Positions 11,793-25,164 are shown, counted from the stretch's first letter. The stretch is 64,000 nt of DNA from Octopus sinensis (GCF_006345805.1 NC_043020.1:682001-746000), one strand, 5' to 3'. Notes: generated by a model from the sequence alone, not told the origin. Translations and numbers: made by a program.

Positions 11793-12678
11793 TGCACATA
11801 CATATGCATATACATTCACACATGCACACACATGGAAGCACTTGGCTCGTGGTCATAAGATTGTGGGTTCAGGTCCTTGGACTGAATAATAGAATGTGTC
11901 CTTGACTTCATTGCATAAGTCTACAGTAAATGCTGATGCAGATTGTCACATTTTGTATGTTCTGTTGAACCAAGGGGGCGAGGGTCCTTGAGAAAGATCT
12001 GTCTATTCAGTTAGTGAAAGCACAGGACATGTTATGAAGACATAATCATTCAAAAGTCACATTTAACTGTACAATATGTATGTATGCATGCATGTACGTG
12101 TTTGTGTGTGTGTGTGTGTACTTGTGTGCATTCACACATATTCATGATTGCTTATAAAAGTAAATATTTCTTGGAAAGAACCACAACATAATTCCGGTAT
12201 TTATTTCAGTCAATTCCCAAAATGATGAATTGGGAATGTAGAAATATGATGCTAAATTTTGTAGTGTGTTTAATGTAGTCGACTTTAGCTTTCATTCTTT
12301 CATGGTCAGTAAAATAATGTCATCATCATCACTTTCAAGGTCCATATTCCATGCTGGCATGGGTTGGACAGTTGGGCAGTTTAACAGGAATAATAACTTT
12401 TACTTAAACATTTTCTCGCACCGTCTCCGATGATGGGATATATAAAATATCCCGGGAACAGCTGTAAGACCTTCTCTTTATAAATGCTCTGAAAACTATT
12501 CACAACCTCGGATTTTTTTTTTATCCCATTCTGTTAATTTTTATATATATGCATGCTAATACACGACCTACATTGGACTCCTCATTCGTATCATTATTGA
12601 ACCTGGAGCTTAATTATAGTCTGTCCATAGCACTTACTCAGCATTACCTTACACCTTTGGGTCTTCTTGACACCAATA

Positions 12679-13052
12679 TCTCTATATATATAAACAGCAA
12701 AATGTCTGTCTGTGTGCGTGTGTCCCATATACAAATCCACAATTTTTCAGTTACAGGGCTTGCACTTTCTATGGTCATTCAAAACCATCCAAAGGTGGTT
12801 GTGCACATCTTTACATTTCCCCAGTCACCCCGCAAAGCCCTTAAAAAATCAATAGAAGTGAATTTTTTGTGAATTTTCTATCCAAAACTTAATCAAAATG
12901 CCGGAAACTTGATACGCCAATTGAATGCCAGCTAGCTGTATGTGATTGGTTGGTCAGAGAGTTGGACAGTACTTGTGTGTATGTGTGCACGCACGCAGCT
13001 GGGTATGCATGCACTAGCACTATAACCCAGCGTTGCCGGGTCATAATACTAG
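12679..13052 (+). mobile_element. Non-autonomous Helitron-like element (family H2)
   Basis: 5' A|TCTCTATATATATAAA followed by GTCTGTCTGTGTG. The 3' hairpin ACCCAGCGTTGCCGGGT lies 7 nt before CTAG|T. No TSD; A|T insertion site. Confidence 0.75.
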
Positions 13053-13081
13053 TATATATATATATATATATATACACAAAC

Positions 13082-13800
13082 AACCCTATTGATATTAACC
13101 CTTCCTGAGACCACTTCTGATTCTTTCATATAAAGTCCTCATGTCAGTAAAAGTACCAGTGGCATATTAGGATGTCTATTTCTAGCAAATCCTCAATTTA
13201 CTGGATCTTTTGCTATTGTTTTTTTTTTAATTTTTAATATGGTGTTAGACAGAGCATCCAGCCATAGAAACCATGCCAAATCAGAAGAACCTGGTGCAAC
13301 TCTCCAACTTACCACTTCCAGCCAAACCATCTAACCCATGCCAGCATGGAAAGCAGATGTTAAAATGATGATGATGATAGATGTAGCCCACATGATATTA
13401 ACCCATATAAAATCCTCATGTTATGTCAGTTAAAGTACCAGTTACATATTAGGAGGTCCGTTTCTAGCAATCCCTTAATTTACTGGGATTTTGTTGTTGT
13501 TGTTCTTTAATTACATATAACCCTATTAATATTAACCCACTTGAGACTGCCTCTGGTCCTTTCAATATAAAATTCTCGTGTTTTGTCATTAAGTGTTCAT
13601 ATTCAAATTAAAACCTTTCATTAGAATTTCATATGTGAATCAATCTATTGTTGTGTTATAAACACCAAATTAATAATGGAAAAGTTAATTATTTGACTAA
13701 ATTGCTCCCAAATCTTAATTATTTTCTAAAATTAATTGAAACAACATACTCAGTATATTTCATTGAAAATAAGGTCACAGTAATGGTGGAAACAATAGAG
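13082..13800. repeat. Degenerate local duplications of a TTAACCC-initiated MITE-like unit, interrupted by a SINE D fragment (13250-13380)
   Basis: GATATTAACCC...TATAAA(G/A)TCCTCATGT..AAAGTACCAGT..CATATTAGGA..TTTCTAGCAA occurs near 13090 and 13395. AACCCTATT(G/A)ATATTAACCC occurs near 13082 and 13520. Confidence 0.6.
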
Positions 13801-13971
13801 TCAAGTCTATAAAACTAAAATTACTTTTCACCATTCCATTCCGTTGTTCTGTATTCGTGAGTTTAAACACCTCTTGGAGCAATAAAATACTACGTGGCAG
13901 TCTTGTGGTTATTTAATTGGAAAAATCCCCCTTCCTTTGTGTCATGATGAAAAATCATTATTAGATATTGT

Positions 13972-14160
13972 GGGGGTGCATGGCTTAGGATGGTTGGAAT
14001 GTTGGTCTTATAATCGTAAGATTGCGGTTTCTATTCCTGGACTGGGCGACGCATTGTGTTCTTGAGCAAAACACTTCATTTCACGTTGCTCCAGTCCACT
14101 CAGCTGGCAAAAATGAGTAACACTGCGATGGACTGGTGTCCCGTCCAGGGAGGGGTATAT
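13972..14160 (+). mobile_element. Diverged tRNA-headed SINE with CORE/V-like body
   Basis: Degenerate tRNA head, then GTTCTTGAGCAAAACACTTCATTTCACGTTGCTCCAGTCCACTCAGCTG...CTGCGATGGACTGGTGTCCCGTCCAGGG. Confidence 0.65.
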
Positions 14161-14179
14161 ATGTCAGAGAAACATATAA

Positions 14180-14412
14180 AGGTGGCATGCTGGCAGAAAT
14201 GTTAGCGTGCTGGGCGAAATACTTAGCGGTATTTCGTCTGTCATTATGTTCTGAGTTCAAATTCTGCCGAGGTCAACTTTGCCTTTCATCCTTTTGGGGT
14301 CGATAAATAAAGTACCAGTTTAGCACAGAGGTCGATGTAATCGACTTAATCCGTTTGTCTGTCCTTGTTTGTCCCCTCTATGTTTAGTCCCTTGTGGGCA
14401 GTAAAGAAATAT
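14180..14412 (+). mobile_element. SINE family C copy
   Basis: Full C consensus from GCTGGCAGAAATGTTAGC to GTGGGCAGTAAAGAAAT. Confidence 0.9.
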
Positions 14413-15171
14413 ATATATCAGAGAAACTAGAAAACCAGCCCTTTACCCCTTACAGAGTAATGTGTACTGACCATAGGTGCAGGCATGGCTGTGTGGTAGG
14501 AACTTTGCTTCCCAACTACATGTTCAATTTCCAACAAGGTCAACTTTGCTTCTCTTCCTTTCAGGGTCAATAAAATAAGTACCAGTTGAGCACTGGGTTT
14601 GATGTAGTCAACTTAACCACTCCCTCAAAACTTGCTGGCCTTGTGCCAAAAGTTGAAACCATTATCCTTATTACTGAGTGAGAGAGCAGCACCTTGCATC
14701 AAAGTGATGCTGGGGTACTCATATACAAAGCCCAATATACCCATCATGACTACCTGTCTGATAATGGTACAACCATGTGTGTGTGACATGGTGACCTCAT
14801 ATCATGATAAATGGCACATAACCTTGCAGGTGGGACACGGAATTTTCTTCAAATCATGTAACCAATCCTACTCAAAGGGTTCCTGAATAAGGGTTGTGAA
14901 AGGCTGAAGAATATTTCTGATGGTGAATTATTCAAACCCAATAGAATCCCTATCAACACATGGCTATGATGCTCCCCCCCACTACTTCTGTTCATGTTCA
15001 GAGATGCATATATCATCAGCCATTAAGGGACATGGTCAACTGGTTAAGGTCAAGCAAATGGCAAGCCGGCCAATCTATGGTATTGAGCAGAATATTTGCT
15101 GTAGCCCATCTTTTATATCAAAGCAAAACATGTACATGGTAACATTTCCAAATTACCATCATCATTATTAT

Positions 15172-15560
15172 TATTAAGGCAGTGAGCTGGCAGATATGTT
15201 AGCATGCCAGATGAAATGCTTAGTGGTATTTCACCTGTCGCTACACTCTGAGTTCAAATTCCGCCGAGGTCGACTTTGCTTTTCATCCTTTCGGGGTTGA
15301 TTAAATAAGTACCAGTTATGCACTGGGGTTGATATAATCGACTTAATCTGTTTGTCTGTCCTTGTTTGTCCTTTCTGTGTTTAACCCCTTGTGGGTAGTA
15401 AAGAAATAGGTATTTCATTACGTTCTGAATTCAAATTCCGGCAAGGTTGACTTTACTTTTCATCCTTTCGGAATCAATAAAATAAGTACCAGTTGAGTAC
15501 AGGATCAATGTAATCGACTGGCCCCTTCCCCACAAATTTTAGGCCTTGTGCCTATAGAAG
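15172..15560 (+). mobile_element. SINE family C head-to-tail dimer
   Basis: A full unit ending ...GTAAAGAAATAGGTATTTC runs directly into a second B-box plus central domain (TTACGTTCTGAATTCAAATTCC...). Confidence 0.85.
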
Positions 15561-15932
15561 GAAAGATTATTATTATTATTATTATTATTGTGAGGATGTA
15601 TAGCCTAGAGGTTAGGGTGTTGCACTCGCAATTGTGAGATCGTGATTTCAATTCCTAGACCACATGGTTCGTTGTGTTCTTGAGCAAGATACTTCATCTC
15701 ATATTGCTCTGCAATCATTTCGACACCTCACATGTGGCACATCATGTAGCTATTCAGGAAATGACGATTTGATGGAGAAAGTGAGCCTAATGTACTTCAC
15801 ATGCATTTGATCACCATAAACAAATCATTTGGGCAGGTCATTCAGCAAAAGCTGAACACTCATATGTCATCTTCAACAGGAGAGCCCATTATTATTATTA
15901 TTGTTTATTATTATTATTATTATTATTATTAT

Positions 15933-16338
15933 CTTTTTCTTTCAAATTTGCTTCCATTTCTTGCCGAGTGTCTTCCTGACTCCTAGGGCAAAGAAACTCA
16001 TAGTATACATTGGTAGGCCATTAAACTAAACTCACTAGTTCGTTCATTTTTTTTCATGTCGATGTAATAGTTCTCACATCGACAATGCTCTTCTCAATAC
16101 GTGTGATGTACCAGTTAAGACAATCTTTTGCACTTCTTGCAGGGATGGTAAGCCAGGGATCATTCTCATATAATTTTCGGTTCCCTTCTTGATCATTCCT
16201 AGTGCTCCTGCGATCACTGGTATTGTAACCGCCTTCAGATGCCACATTTCCGCAATTTCAATGAGCAGGTCTTTATATTTTCTGAGCTTGTCAAACTCTT
16301 TCGCCGAGATATTATGATCACAGGGGATGCTCATGTCG

Positions 16339-16340
<2 letters not shown>
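15933..16340 (-). mobile_element. 5'-truncated R4/Dong-like non-LTR retrotransposon (restriction-like endonuclease C-terminus plus 3' UTR) in (TAA)n
   Basis: Open frame IDMSIPCDHNISAKEFDKLRKYKDLLIEIAEMWHLKAVTIPVIAGALGMIKK...QKIVLTGTSHVLRRALSM* (16074-16340) is a typical R4-clade RLE tail. (TTA)n tracts lie at 15889-15932 and 16340-16374. Confidence 0.85.
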
Positions 16341-16374
<34 letters not shown>

Positions 16375-17541
16375 TGTTGCTGTTGTGGGCATGTGGTGCA
16401 GCGATTTTTAAGTTCTCAAACACTGTCTGCAACCTAGTTTTTAGTTTCAATTTGTAACACATTTTATGTTGCTAATGCCTTTGGGGGAAATGCATAAATG
16501 TCACAATTCCCTAGTTTTTATATTACTCAAAAGACTTTATGGCTCCGCGTATATAATATTTAATAATAATAATAAAAAAAAAAAAAGAGAACAGAAAAAA
16601 ATATTTACAAAAAAACCCGGCTGTTGCTGAGTGTCTGTAAACGTCTGTGCATTGATGTAGATTCCCACAGGTTACATGGACATGTATACACACGCAGACA
16701 CATTCATGCACATGTGCACACATACATACACATGCTCTCTCTTGCACACGCACACACATATACAGAGATAGTTACATGTATACACACAAACATTCCCAAT
16801 AGTTACATTGGCACAGGGCCACACGCACACACATACAGGTTGTTCCATGGATATGTACATACGCATGCACACGCATACACACACATGCACGCGCGTGCAC
16901 ACACGTTTCCAGTGCTTACACATGGAAACGCACATTTCAGGTGGTTACATGGACACACAACCTCATACACACAAGAACATACACTTACACACGTCATCAC
17001 ACAGATACACACACACACACATCTCAATGCGTATGTGGACACACATACTCACGGATACACACATACATTCAAATGATTTGATGGGTGCGCCCATGCACAC
17101 ACACACACATACACACATAAACACACACACACGCTGACGCTGACACACATTTAAGCATTTATCAAAGGAGCTGGATGTTCTAACATCTCTATAAACAAGT
17201 TTACTCAAATATTAAAAAGAGAAAAACGAACAAACAAAACAGAGGAAAAACCCAAAATAAAGTTACATAATAATAATATGGTGTAGAATAAATATGTGAA
17301 GTGCAATTTGTGCAGAAGCTGTTAATGTATCTCATAGATGACAGCAGGGATTTTAATCACTATAGAAATGATGTAATCCAACATAAACTGCCCAATAAAA
17401 AAAAATCAAATAATACCGGATCAATAATTCTAAAAGTCTTAAAGTGGTTGCAGAAATCTTTGGAAAAAATCTGAGTTTCTTTATTTAAGGATTATTCATA
17501 GCCGTACACTTTAATAGGAAACTATACATGTGTATGTATGT

Positions 17542-17574
<33 letters not shown>

Positions 17575-17637
17575 CATACATGTGTGTGTATATATATATA
17601 TATATACATACATGTGTGTGTATAATATATATATACA

Positions 17638-17668
<31 letters not shown>

Positions 17669-17779
17669 TATATACACAAATGTGTGTGTAATATATATAT
17701 ATATATATATATACATATACATACATGTGTATATATATGTGTGTACATACATACACACACACATATATATATATATATG

Positions 17780-17820
<41 letters not shown>

Positions 17821-17965
17821 CACACACACACACACACACACAAAGTGTCTGTTCATTTTTAGCTCCGAGATTACGACTCCTTTTATGTTTGTACCTATGT
17901 TAAGTATTTCTCTTTCACCGAAATTTATTTTCTGGAAAAAAATAAGAAAAAAAGCGAAAAAGAAA

Positions 17966-18005
<40 letters not shown>

Positions 18006-18608
18006 TAAAAAAAGGCAAATTGATCATAAATAAAGTAATTCTAGGCAAGAGTTATACCCCAGAGTTTTCCAGGTACTAACTACTAAAGACATCAGTTCTG
18101 ACTATGATACAGTCCATTATGCAGTCCTCTAGGTATCAGTTTGTTAATATCCGCTCATGCGTCCCTCTGACCAGCTGTAAATTGGTGCTGCTCATATTTT
18201 GCGGCTGAGTGCTTTGCGAATAGTGGTGCAATGAGCCGTGAAACCTATTTTCCCCTCCTCTACCTCCAGCCCCACCCCCACCCCATTCTTATGCAAATAT
18301 CCCGTCCGTTCTTCTAGTGTGTCAGGGTGGGTGTGTGGTGGATGCGTGTGAAATAGATGCGAAAAAATCATAAATAGATTATCAAAGTACGATTTTATAG
18401 TTATTTGTGTTGAGAGAGAAATAAAGTTTTCGCAGAAACCCAAAAAATTATAATACACTTTTTGTGTCTTTTTTTTTTTGTGTTTTTTGTGGGTTTTTTT
18501 TCTGTTTTAATTGCTTTTGTCATTGTCTCTCAAAGTCTACTTTCTCCAAATAGTTATGTGTGTGTGTGTGTATATACATAAGCTACAATGTATATATATA
18601 TATACATG

Positions 18609-18696
<88 letters not shown>

Positions 18697-18727
18697 TATG
18701 TTATATATATATATATATATATATATA

Positions 18728-18880
18728 TGGCTGTGTGTGGTAAGTAGCTTGCTTACCAACCACATGGTTCTGTGTTCAGTTCCACTGCATGGCACTTTGG
18801 GCTGGTGCCTTCTACTATAGCCTTGGGCCAACCAAAGCTTTGTGAGTAGATTTGGTAGATGGAAACTGAAAGAAGCCCGT
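18728..18880 (+). mobile_element. SINE A 5' half
   Basis: TGGCTGTGTGTGGTAAGTAGCTTGC...GGAAACTGAAAGAAGCCCGT. Confidence 0.9.
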
Positions 18881-18908
18881 TGTGTGTGTGTGTGTGTTTG
18901 TCTCTGTA

Positions 18909-19018
18909 TTATTCTTTGTAAGCCCAGTACTTATTCTATCGGTTGCTTTTGCCGAACTGCTAAGCGACGTAAACACACCAGCATCGGTTATCAAGCAATG
19001 CTAGGGGTACAATCATAG

Positions 19019-19055
<37 letters not shown>

Positions 19056-19227
19056 CATATATACGACAGGCTTCTTCCAGTTTCCGTCTACCAAATCCAC
19101 TCACAAGGCTTTGGTCGGCCCGAGGCTATAGCAGAAGACACTTGCCCAAGATGCCACACAGTGGAACTGAACCCGGAACCATGTGGTTGGTAAGCAAACT
19201 ACTTACCACACAGCCACTCCTGCGCCT
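18909..19227 (-). mobile_element. SINE A copy, inverted relative to 18728-18880
   Basis: Reverse complement begins AGGCGCAGGAGTGGCTGTGTGGTAAG. Confidence 0.9.
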
Positions 19228-20331
19228 ATATGTATGTATAAAACCAATTGTGATTCCATTTATTAACCTTCAAATCTCACTGGTCACTTCTAACAAATGC
19301 CTTGTAGGTCATCAATGATTTACTTCAAGTCAGCCTTGCTGTTGTATTGCAAGAATACTTTAGATGTTGAACCAGTTTTTATGCTCTGTTTCCATCACAT
19401 GTCTGAATTATTTCCCTCTTCTTCACACACACACACACGCACACACATGTACACTCAGCTTCTCTAGATTGATTGAGTCCCAACCTATTTCTTTATTCTA
19501 TTGTTGTACATTCACCACATCAGCATGATGAATATTTCACATACGACTTTTGTAGTTCCGCTGTAACACAACAACATCAAACATTCGACTCCTGCCTCAG
19601 ACGGTTTTTCTCTCCTGCTTGCCCTTATAAGCTTAATTAGATTAATCAATTTGAACTTTTTGAAATTGTCTTGAAATATAAATATCAAAAGATAAAACGT
19701 CCTGAGTGGAAATTTAATCATCATCTAATCAAGCTTACTGTGATTTGCCCAGCATCAATCACGCCACCCTTCATGAAATTTGAAAGGAAGCAATATGCTC
19801 GTTTGTTTTCGTTCCTCTCCTCCTCCATTCTTTTTTTCGTATTGTGTTCAATGTACTTGTATCATGGATCTCATTCATACTCATGTGCTAAATTATTGAA
19901 TTAGTTTCGTTATTTCTAATATCCCCCGACACCTACTCAGTTCTTTCTGTGTTTCTAATTTATTTTGCTCAATTACACTCCAAGCCTCGTTCACGATCAA
20001 TCATACGATATGAAAACCTTCAGCTAGCACTGGCAAAACAGGAAAATTACTCTGCATTCTTTCAGTAAATTAAAGTCCAATTTCTTTCCACGTTTCTTTC
20101 CTTAATTATGTCAAGGTTGCTTATGCATAATAAACATATTGTTTTCACCTATTTCTTCAGCCCCTTGGCAACAAGCAGACTTTCATGAAACCGACAAAAA
20201 TGAATATAAATACGTACACAGGTAATCAAGTCTAAAGAGGAAATAATTTCAGTGATTTGTGCCAAGTAATTTAAAAACCTTAAACATCAAATAACCGTTA
20301 CCACATTCTATTGAGGACAAAAATGTAAGAC

Positions 20332-20515
20332 ATCTCGGTGAGCGAGAGAAATTGGCAGCACCGAGATAACTGTGAAGTTGAGATTGTAGTTTTGTGCAAA
20401 TTGGTCGCCGTTATTCAATTCTCTTTCGGTTGTAGTTCGCCGTCTTCAGCTCAATTACCGTCTTCATTAAATTTCTATTTTCTAACAACAGCCGTGGATC
20501 AGTGTTCTGCGTGAA
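20332..20515. promoter_or_regulatory. CpG-enriched unique segment with a 9-bp inverted repeat; candidate cis-regulatory or 5' UTR region
   Basis: About 11 CpG in about 185 bp against an AT-rich background. ATCTCGGTG (20332-20340) pairs with CACCGAGAT (20359-20367). Function is inferred only. Confidence 0.25.
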
Positions 20516-22082
20516 ATTCTTAATATCAACAATATCTCTTGTAACACTGCTTCCTATTCATGCACACACACAGATTTTTGTTTTTTGGTTTTTTCTGTAC
20601 TTTCTTTTCTTTTGTTATCAATCAATCAATAATTTCTCATTGCCAAAGGCTCTGTTTTGCTTCTAGAAAAAACGCGTTTGAGATTCTCGATACGTCTCAA
20701 CTTGTTTAGTATCAGTTTTCACTGTTCTTCTTGATATTATTGTTGCCGTGTAATATTTGTTGATACCCCCCCTCCTCCTTTACTATTTATTGTTCTGTTA
20801 GGGGACACACAGTCTGAGATTTACAGAGATACTAAATAATGTTTATTGTCAGTGCTGGAAGTCTTTCTATAAGACTCAAGTTATCGCTGTAGAATTCTTC
20901 CTTTTTTTTTATATTGTTATTTTTTGAAAAATATTTCCTTGTAGAGATTTCCTGATAACAACACAAAACCAAACCAAACAAAAGAACCTGTGTCTCAAAA
21001 TTTTGTGTTCGTCAGAAAGAGTAGTGCCTGAATGAATTTATGTTTCTGCATGCATATGTATATAAGTGCATGTTTTGGAGCTGTAAATGTGTATATGAGT
21101 GTGTGGGTTTTTATTTTTTTATTTTAGAAATATCAATGTGTAGATACATGTATGAGCATGTCTATCACACTGTGTGTGCGTGTGTACGTTTGTGTTTAAG
21201 AGTTGTAAATGTGTGTATGTTCTGTGTGTGAGCATATGCAGTGTGTCTAAGAGCTGTTTTGAGAAATCTGATTTAAAAAGAAAAAAAAAATGTTGTCTTT
21301 ATAGTTCCATAAATTGAAATAATGTTTCTTGTTAATAAAATGATATCATTAAGGATGGAAATAATTTTGGAGATAATTTGAATATAAAGCAGGAGGAAGG
21401 TAAGAAAGAAGCGGGTGGAGTGGGTGGCGAGGGTGGCGAACCATACATTTTAACTCCTTTTGTGTCAGTATTCCTGTCTCTTGCTTTGAGACATACGCTT
21501 TCTTTGAAACACTGTCTACACTTAGAGGAGACATTTATTCTTATATACCATCATATCTCTCACATATTTACATACTTTCACTTTTTTTCCCACACATTTA
21601 TGTTGACTATAAAATTCCTAGATATATATACTCTATATTGCCAATTCTTTAAAAGGGTGTGTGTGTATATATATATATATATACACACACACATCCATGT
21701 ATGTATGTCTATATCGTTGCTAGTATTCCCAGGCAAACTATTAAGTGACAAACGTCCATTTCTGCTGGTTAGAAAATGCTGTTTTCTGATTATGGCATAG
21801 AAATTGCCACCTAGCGATATATATTTTCTCAAATAAACTCTTGAGTGTTTTTTTTATTATAGAACTACCTGTACACAGGTGTGTGTGTGTGTACATGTCT
21901 ACATACATATTGTATTTGCATGAATGAGAGAAGGAGAAAGAGAGAATGAGGAAGTTAATTTGTAATAAACCTCATTCTGTGAAGTGTTGAATTGGGTGTA
22001 TATCATAGCTAGTGTGTCTATTTTTATGCATAAAGTGTGTGTATTTGCATATGTTCAAAAATATGCCTGTGAGTTCTGTGCA

Positions 22083-22308
22083 ATGAGCTGGCAGAAACGT
22101 TAGCACGCCAGGCGAGATGTGTAGCCGTATTTCATCTGCCGTTACGTTCTAGGTTCAAATTCCGCCGAGGTCGACTTTGCCTTTCATCCTTTTGGGGTCG
22201 ATAAATTAAGTACCAGTTACGCACTGGGGTGATGTAATCAACTCAATCTGTTTGTCTGTCTTTGTTTGTCTTCTCTTTGTTTAGCCCCTTGTGGGTAGTA
22301 AAGAAATA
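22083..22308 (+). mobile_element. SINE family C copy (young)
   Basis: TGAGCTGGCAGAAACGTTAGCACGCC...GGGTAGTAAAGAAAT. Confidence 0.9.
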
Positions 22309-22539
22309 TATGTATGTGTATATGTAAGGGTCCCTGTCAGAGTGTTTGTGTGTGTGTGTGTGTGTGTGTTGATTGACTTTCACAGTTGCTTGTGTTCCGA
22401 GATGATTGTCCGCTAAATTTGGGAATCTGGAGGATGGCTCTGCAGGATTTTGGTTTGGCATGAAGAAGGTGTAAGGAGATTGAGATGACTGGAGGCAGTA
22501 AATACTTGCGACCATCATACACAATCACAGTGACTACAG

Positions 22540-22620
22540 GTGAACCCAACTCTGATTCTTCTTCTGGTCTTTTACACTAGTCTGTAGTCACGGCTTGGAA
22601 GCAAGAGAGAGAATGTCTAA
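22540..22620 (+). CDS. Speculative 81-nt phase-0 exon encoding a signal-peptide-like stretch
   Basis: CAG|GTG...AAG|GTGCGT encodes VNPTLILLLVFTLVCSHGLEARERMSK. The pyrimidine tract is weak and no in-frame Met or partner exon was found. Confidence 0.15.
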
Positions 22621-22779
22621 GGTGCGTTCTTGGGTCTCTGAAGGGACGAAAGAAGAAAGTAATGATGTAATATTCCTGTTTTAGGTCAGCTCTGTGGAGC
22701 ATCTTACACTGAACCTATGTGTGTATGTTTGTGAATAATGAATGTGTTGAAGAATTTAAAGAATTTCAAAATTTAAAAT

Positions 22780-23197
22780 AGGCGTAGGAGTGGCTGTGTG
22801 GTAAGTAGCTTGCTAACCAACCACATGGTTCTGGGTTCAGTCCCACTGCGTGGCATCTTGGGCAAGTGTCTTCTGCTATAGCCTCGGGCTGACCAAAGCC
22901 TTGTGAGTGGATTTGGTAGACGGAAACTGAAAGAAGCCCGTCGTATATATGTATATATATATATATGTATGTATGTGTATGTGTTTGTGTGTCTGTGTTT
23001 GTCCCCCTAGCATTGCTTGACAACCGATGCTGGTGTGTTTACGTCCGCGTCACTTAGCGATTCGGCAAAAGAGACCGATAGAATAAGTACTGGGCTTACA
23101 AAGGATAAGTCCCGGGGTCGAGTTGCTCGATTAAAGGCGGTACTCCAGCATGGCCACAGTCAAATGACTGAAACAAGTTAAAAGAGTAAAAGAGTAA
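22780..23197 (+). mobile_element. SINE A, full length, low divergence (reference copy)
   Basis: AGGCGTAGGAGTGGCTGTGTGG...GGTTCAGTCCC...(TA/TG)n...GGGGTCGAGTTGCTCGA...GAAACAAGTTAAAAGAGTAAAAGAGTAA. Confidence 0.95.
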
Positions 23198-23312
23198 GGT
23201 ATTGAAGACTGATTTCAAGAGACTTAGAATAAAAAATATTTTGGAAAATGGAAGTTTAACTCGGCTTTAAAATGTATGTTTAAAAACGTCAAGGCAAAAG
23301 TAAGATACATCT

Positions 23313-23708
23313 AGGTGCAGGTGTGGCTGTGTGGTAAGAAGATTGCTTCCCAACGACATGGTTCCAGGTTCAGCCTCGTTGCATGACACCTTGGGCAAGT
23401 GTCTTTCATTATAGAAGATCAACCAAAGCCTTGTTAGTGGATTTGGTTGATGGAAACTGAAAGAAGCCCGTCGTATATATGTATGTGTGTGTATATGTTT
23501 GTGTGTCTGTGTTTGTCTCCCCAACATCGCTTGACAACTGATGCTGGCGTGTTTATGTCACTGTAACTTAGTGGTTCGGCAAAAGAGACCGATAGAATAA
23601 GTACTAGGCTTACAAAGAATAAGTCCTGGGGTCGATTTGCTTGACTGAAAGGCGGTGCTCCAGCATGGTCGCAGTCCAATGACCGAAACAAGTGAAAGAA
23701 TGAAAGAG
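23313..23708 (+). mobile_element. SINE A, full length, more diverged
   Basis: Colinear with 22780-23197. Confidence 0.9.
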
Positions 23709-25164
23709 CATATGGGGAATACATTTAAAAGCATTCATATACATGGATGTGTGTGTATATATCTGGATGACATACAAGCAGGCCAAAACATGTGTCTTCC
23801 GATTCGGCAAGCAACAGCGGAGTAATTTTACGCACTCATATGTTTAAATTACTCTAAATATACTCTGTATGAATCATGTGATATGTTATCCATAACAAGA
23901 TGAATGTTTGGCGAGGCAGATAAACGTGTGTACGGTTAGTCTCTCTAGTAAAATTAACCACATTTTAGTATATAGGTGTTGCGATGTGTGCGAGTAATAG
24001 GAACCAACGTATGTTATAATCACCAGCACCACCACTAACGACACTACTACCTCCATCATCGGTAAGTGATGAAGTAGAAACAAATGAAAGATTAGTCATG
24101 CCAGAAAAGTTGTCAAACTACCAACTGCAATGTATAGATATCTAATAGTACACACACACACAGATTACACGCATAAACACACAGACACACACACAAAGGT
24201 GTTGTTGGAGATATATTTCTTACGTCGATTCCATACATCTTCTTGTTTTCTTATTTCTCATGAACACCAATGTTATGTGATGTTGAGATAATGAAGTGCA
24301 AGTATTATATGGCCAGAGGAATAAATGTATTCCGGTGACTTGTAAAGTAATCTGCTTTCTCTGCTCTAAATGGAAGTTTATCTACTAGTAATGGACCTTC
24401 GTCTTTCGCAGCAAACTTTAGTGAAAGCACAATGGTTTATGTTTGGATTATATTTCTCTGCAGTAATTGTGTGCATGCATGTGTGCATTTGTGTGTGTGT
24501 GTGTGTACGTGTGTGTTAATGTATCTGGGTATCTATGTATCTATATAAGGGCAGGTGAGATGTGTGGTTGAATAGCTTGCTTCCTAACTGTGTGATCTTG
24601 GGTTCAGTTTCAACGTGTGGCACCTTCGGTGTCTTCTCTCATAATTCTGAGTTGACCAAAGCCTTGTAATGAATTTGGTAGATGAGATCTGAAACTAATC
24701 CATTGTGTGTGTGTTGTTGAGAATTTTACTGCTTAGTCATGTGGTCTTGGGTTCAGTTCCAATGTGTGGCACCAAAAGAACCAGCTATTGCAAGCAAAAT
24801 TAAATATAAAAGAAATAAAATGCATTTGGCCAAATTTGGACATACAACAGTTTACCATAATAGCAACGATATGTATATATGTGTTTGTGTGTAGCCTTGT
24901 GTTGACATCAAATGGTGGTTGTAAATGAACAGCATTGTTATACAAGCGAGGTTGTTTGTTTTCAGTCTTCTGTATAGAACATGTCTAGCTATGGAAAAAA
25001 TATTACCTTACTTGGAAACAGGTGTGGTTTGGCCGAAGGAAGAGCATCCAGCCATAGAAGATCTGTGTCAGTAAATTTCGTTTGACCCATGTAAGCTTGG
25101 AAACTGGAACATTAAATGATGAAGATGATGATGATATGTAGTACAGTAATGACCAAATGATTAA

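Noticed and set aside
12435-12453. TATA box inside the palindrome GGGATAT-ATAAA-ATATCCC
   Set aside because: TATA-like strings are ubiquitous in this AT-rich DNA and no downstream gene is supported.
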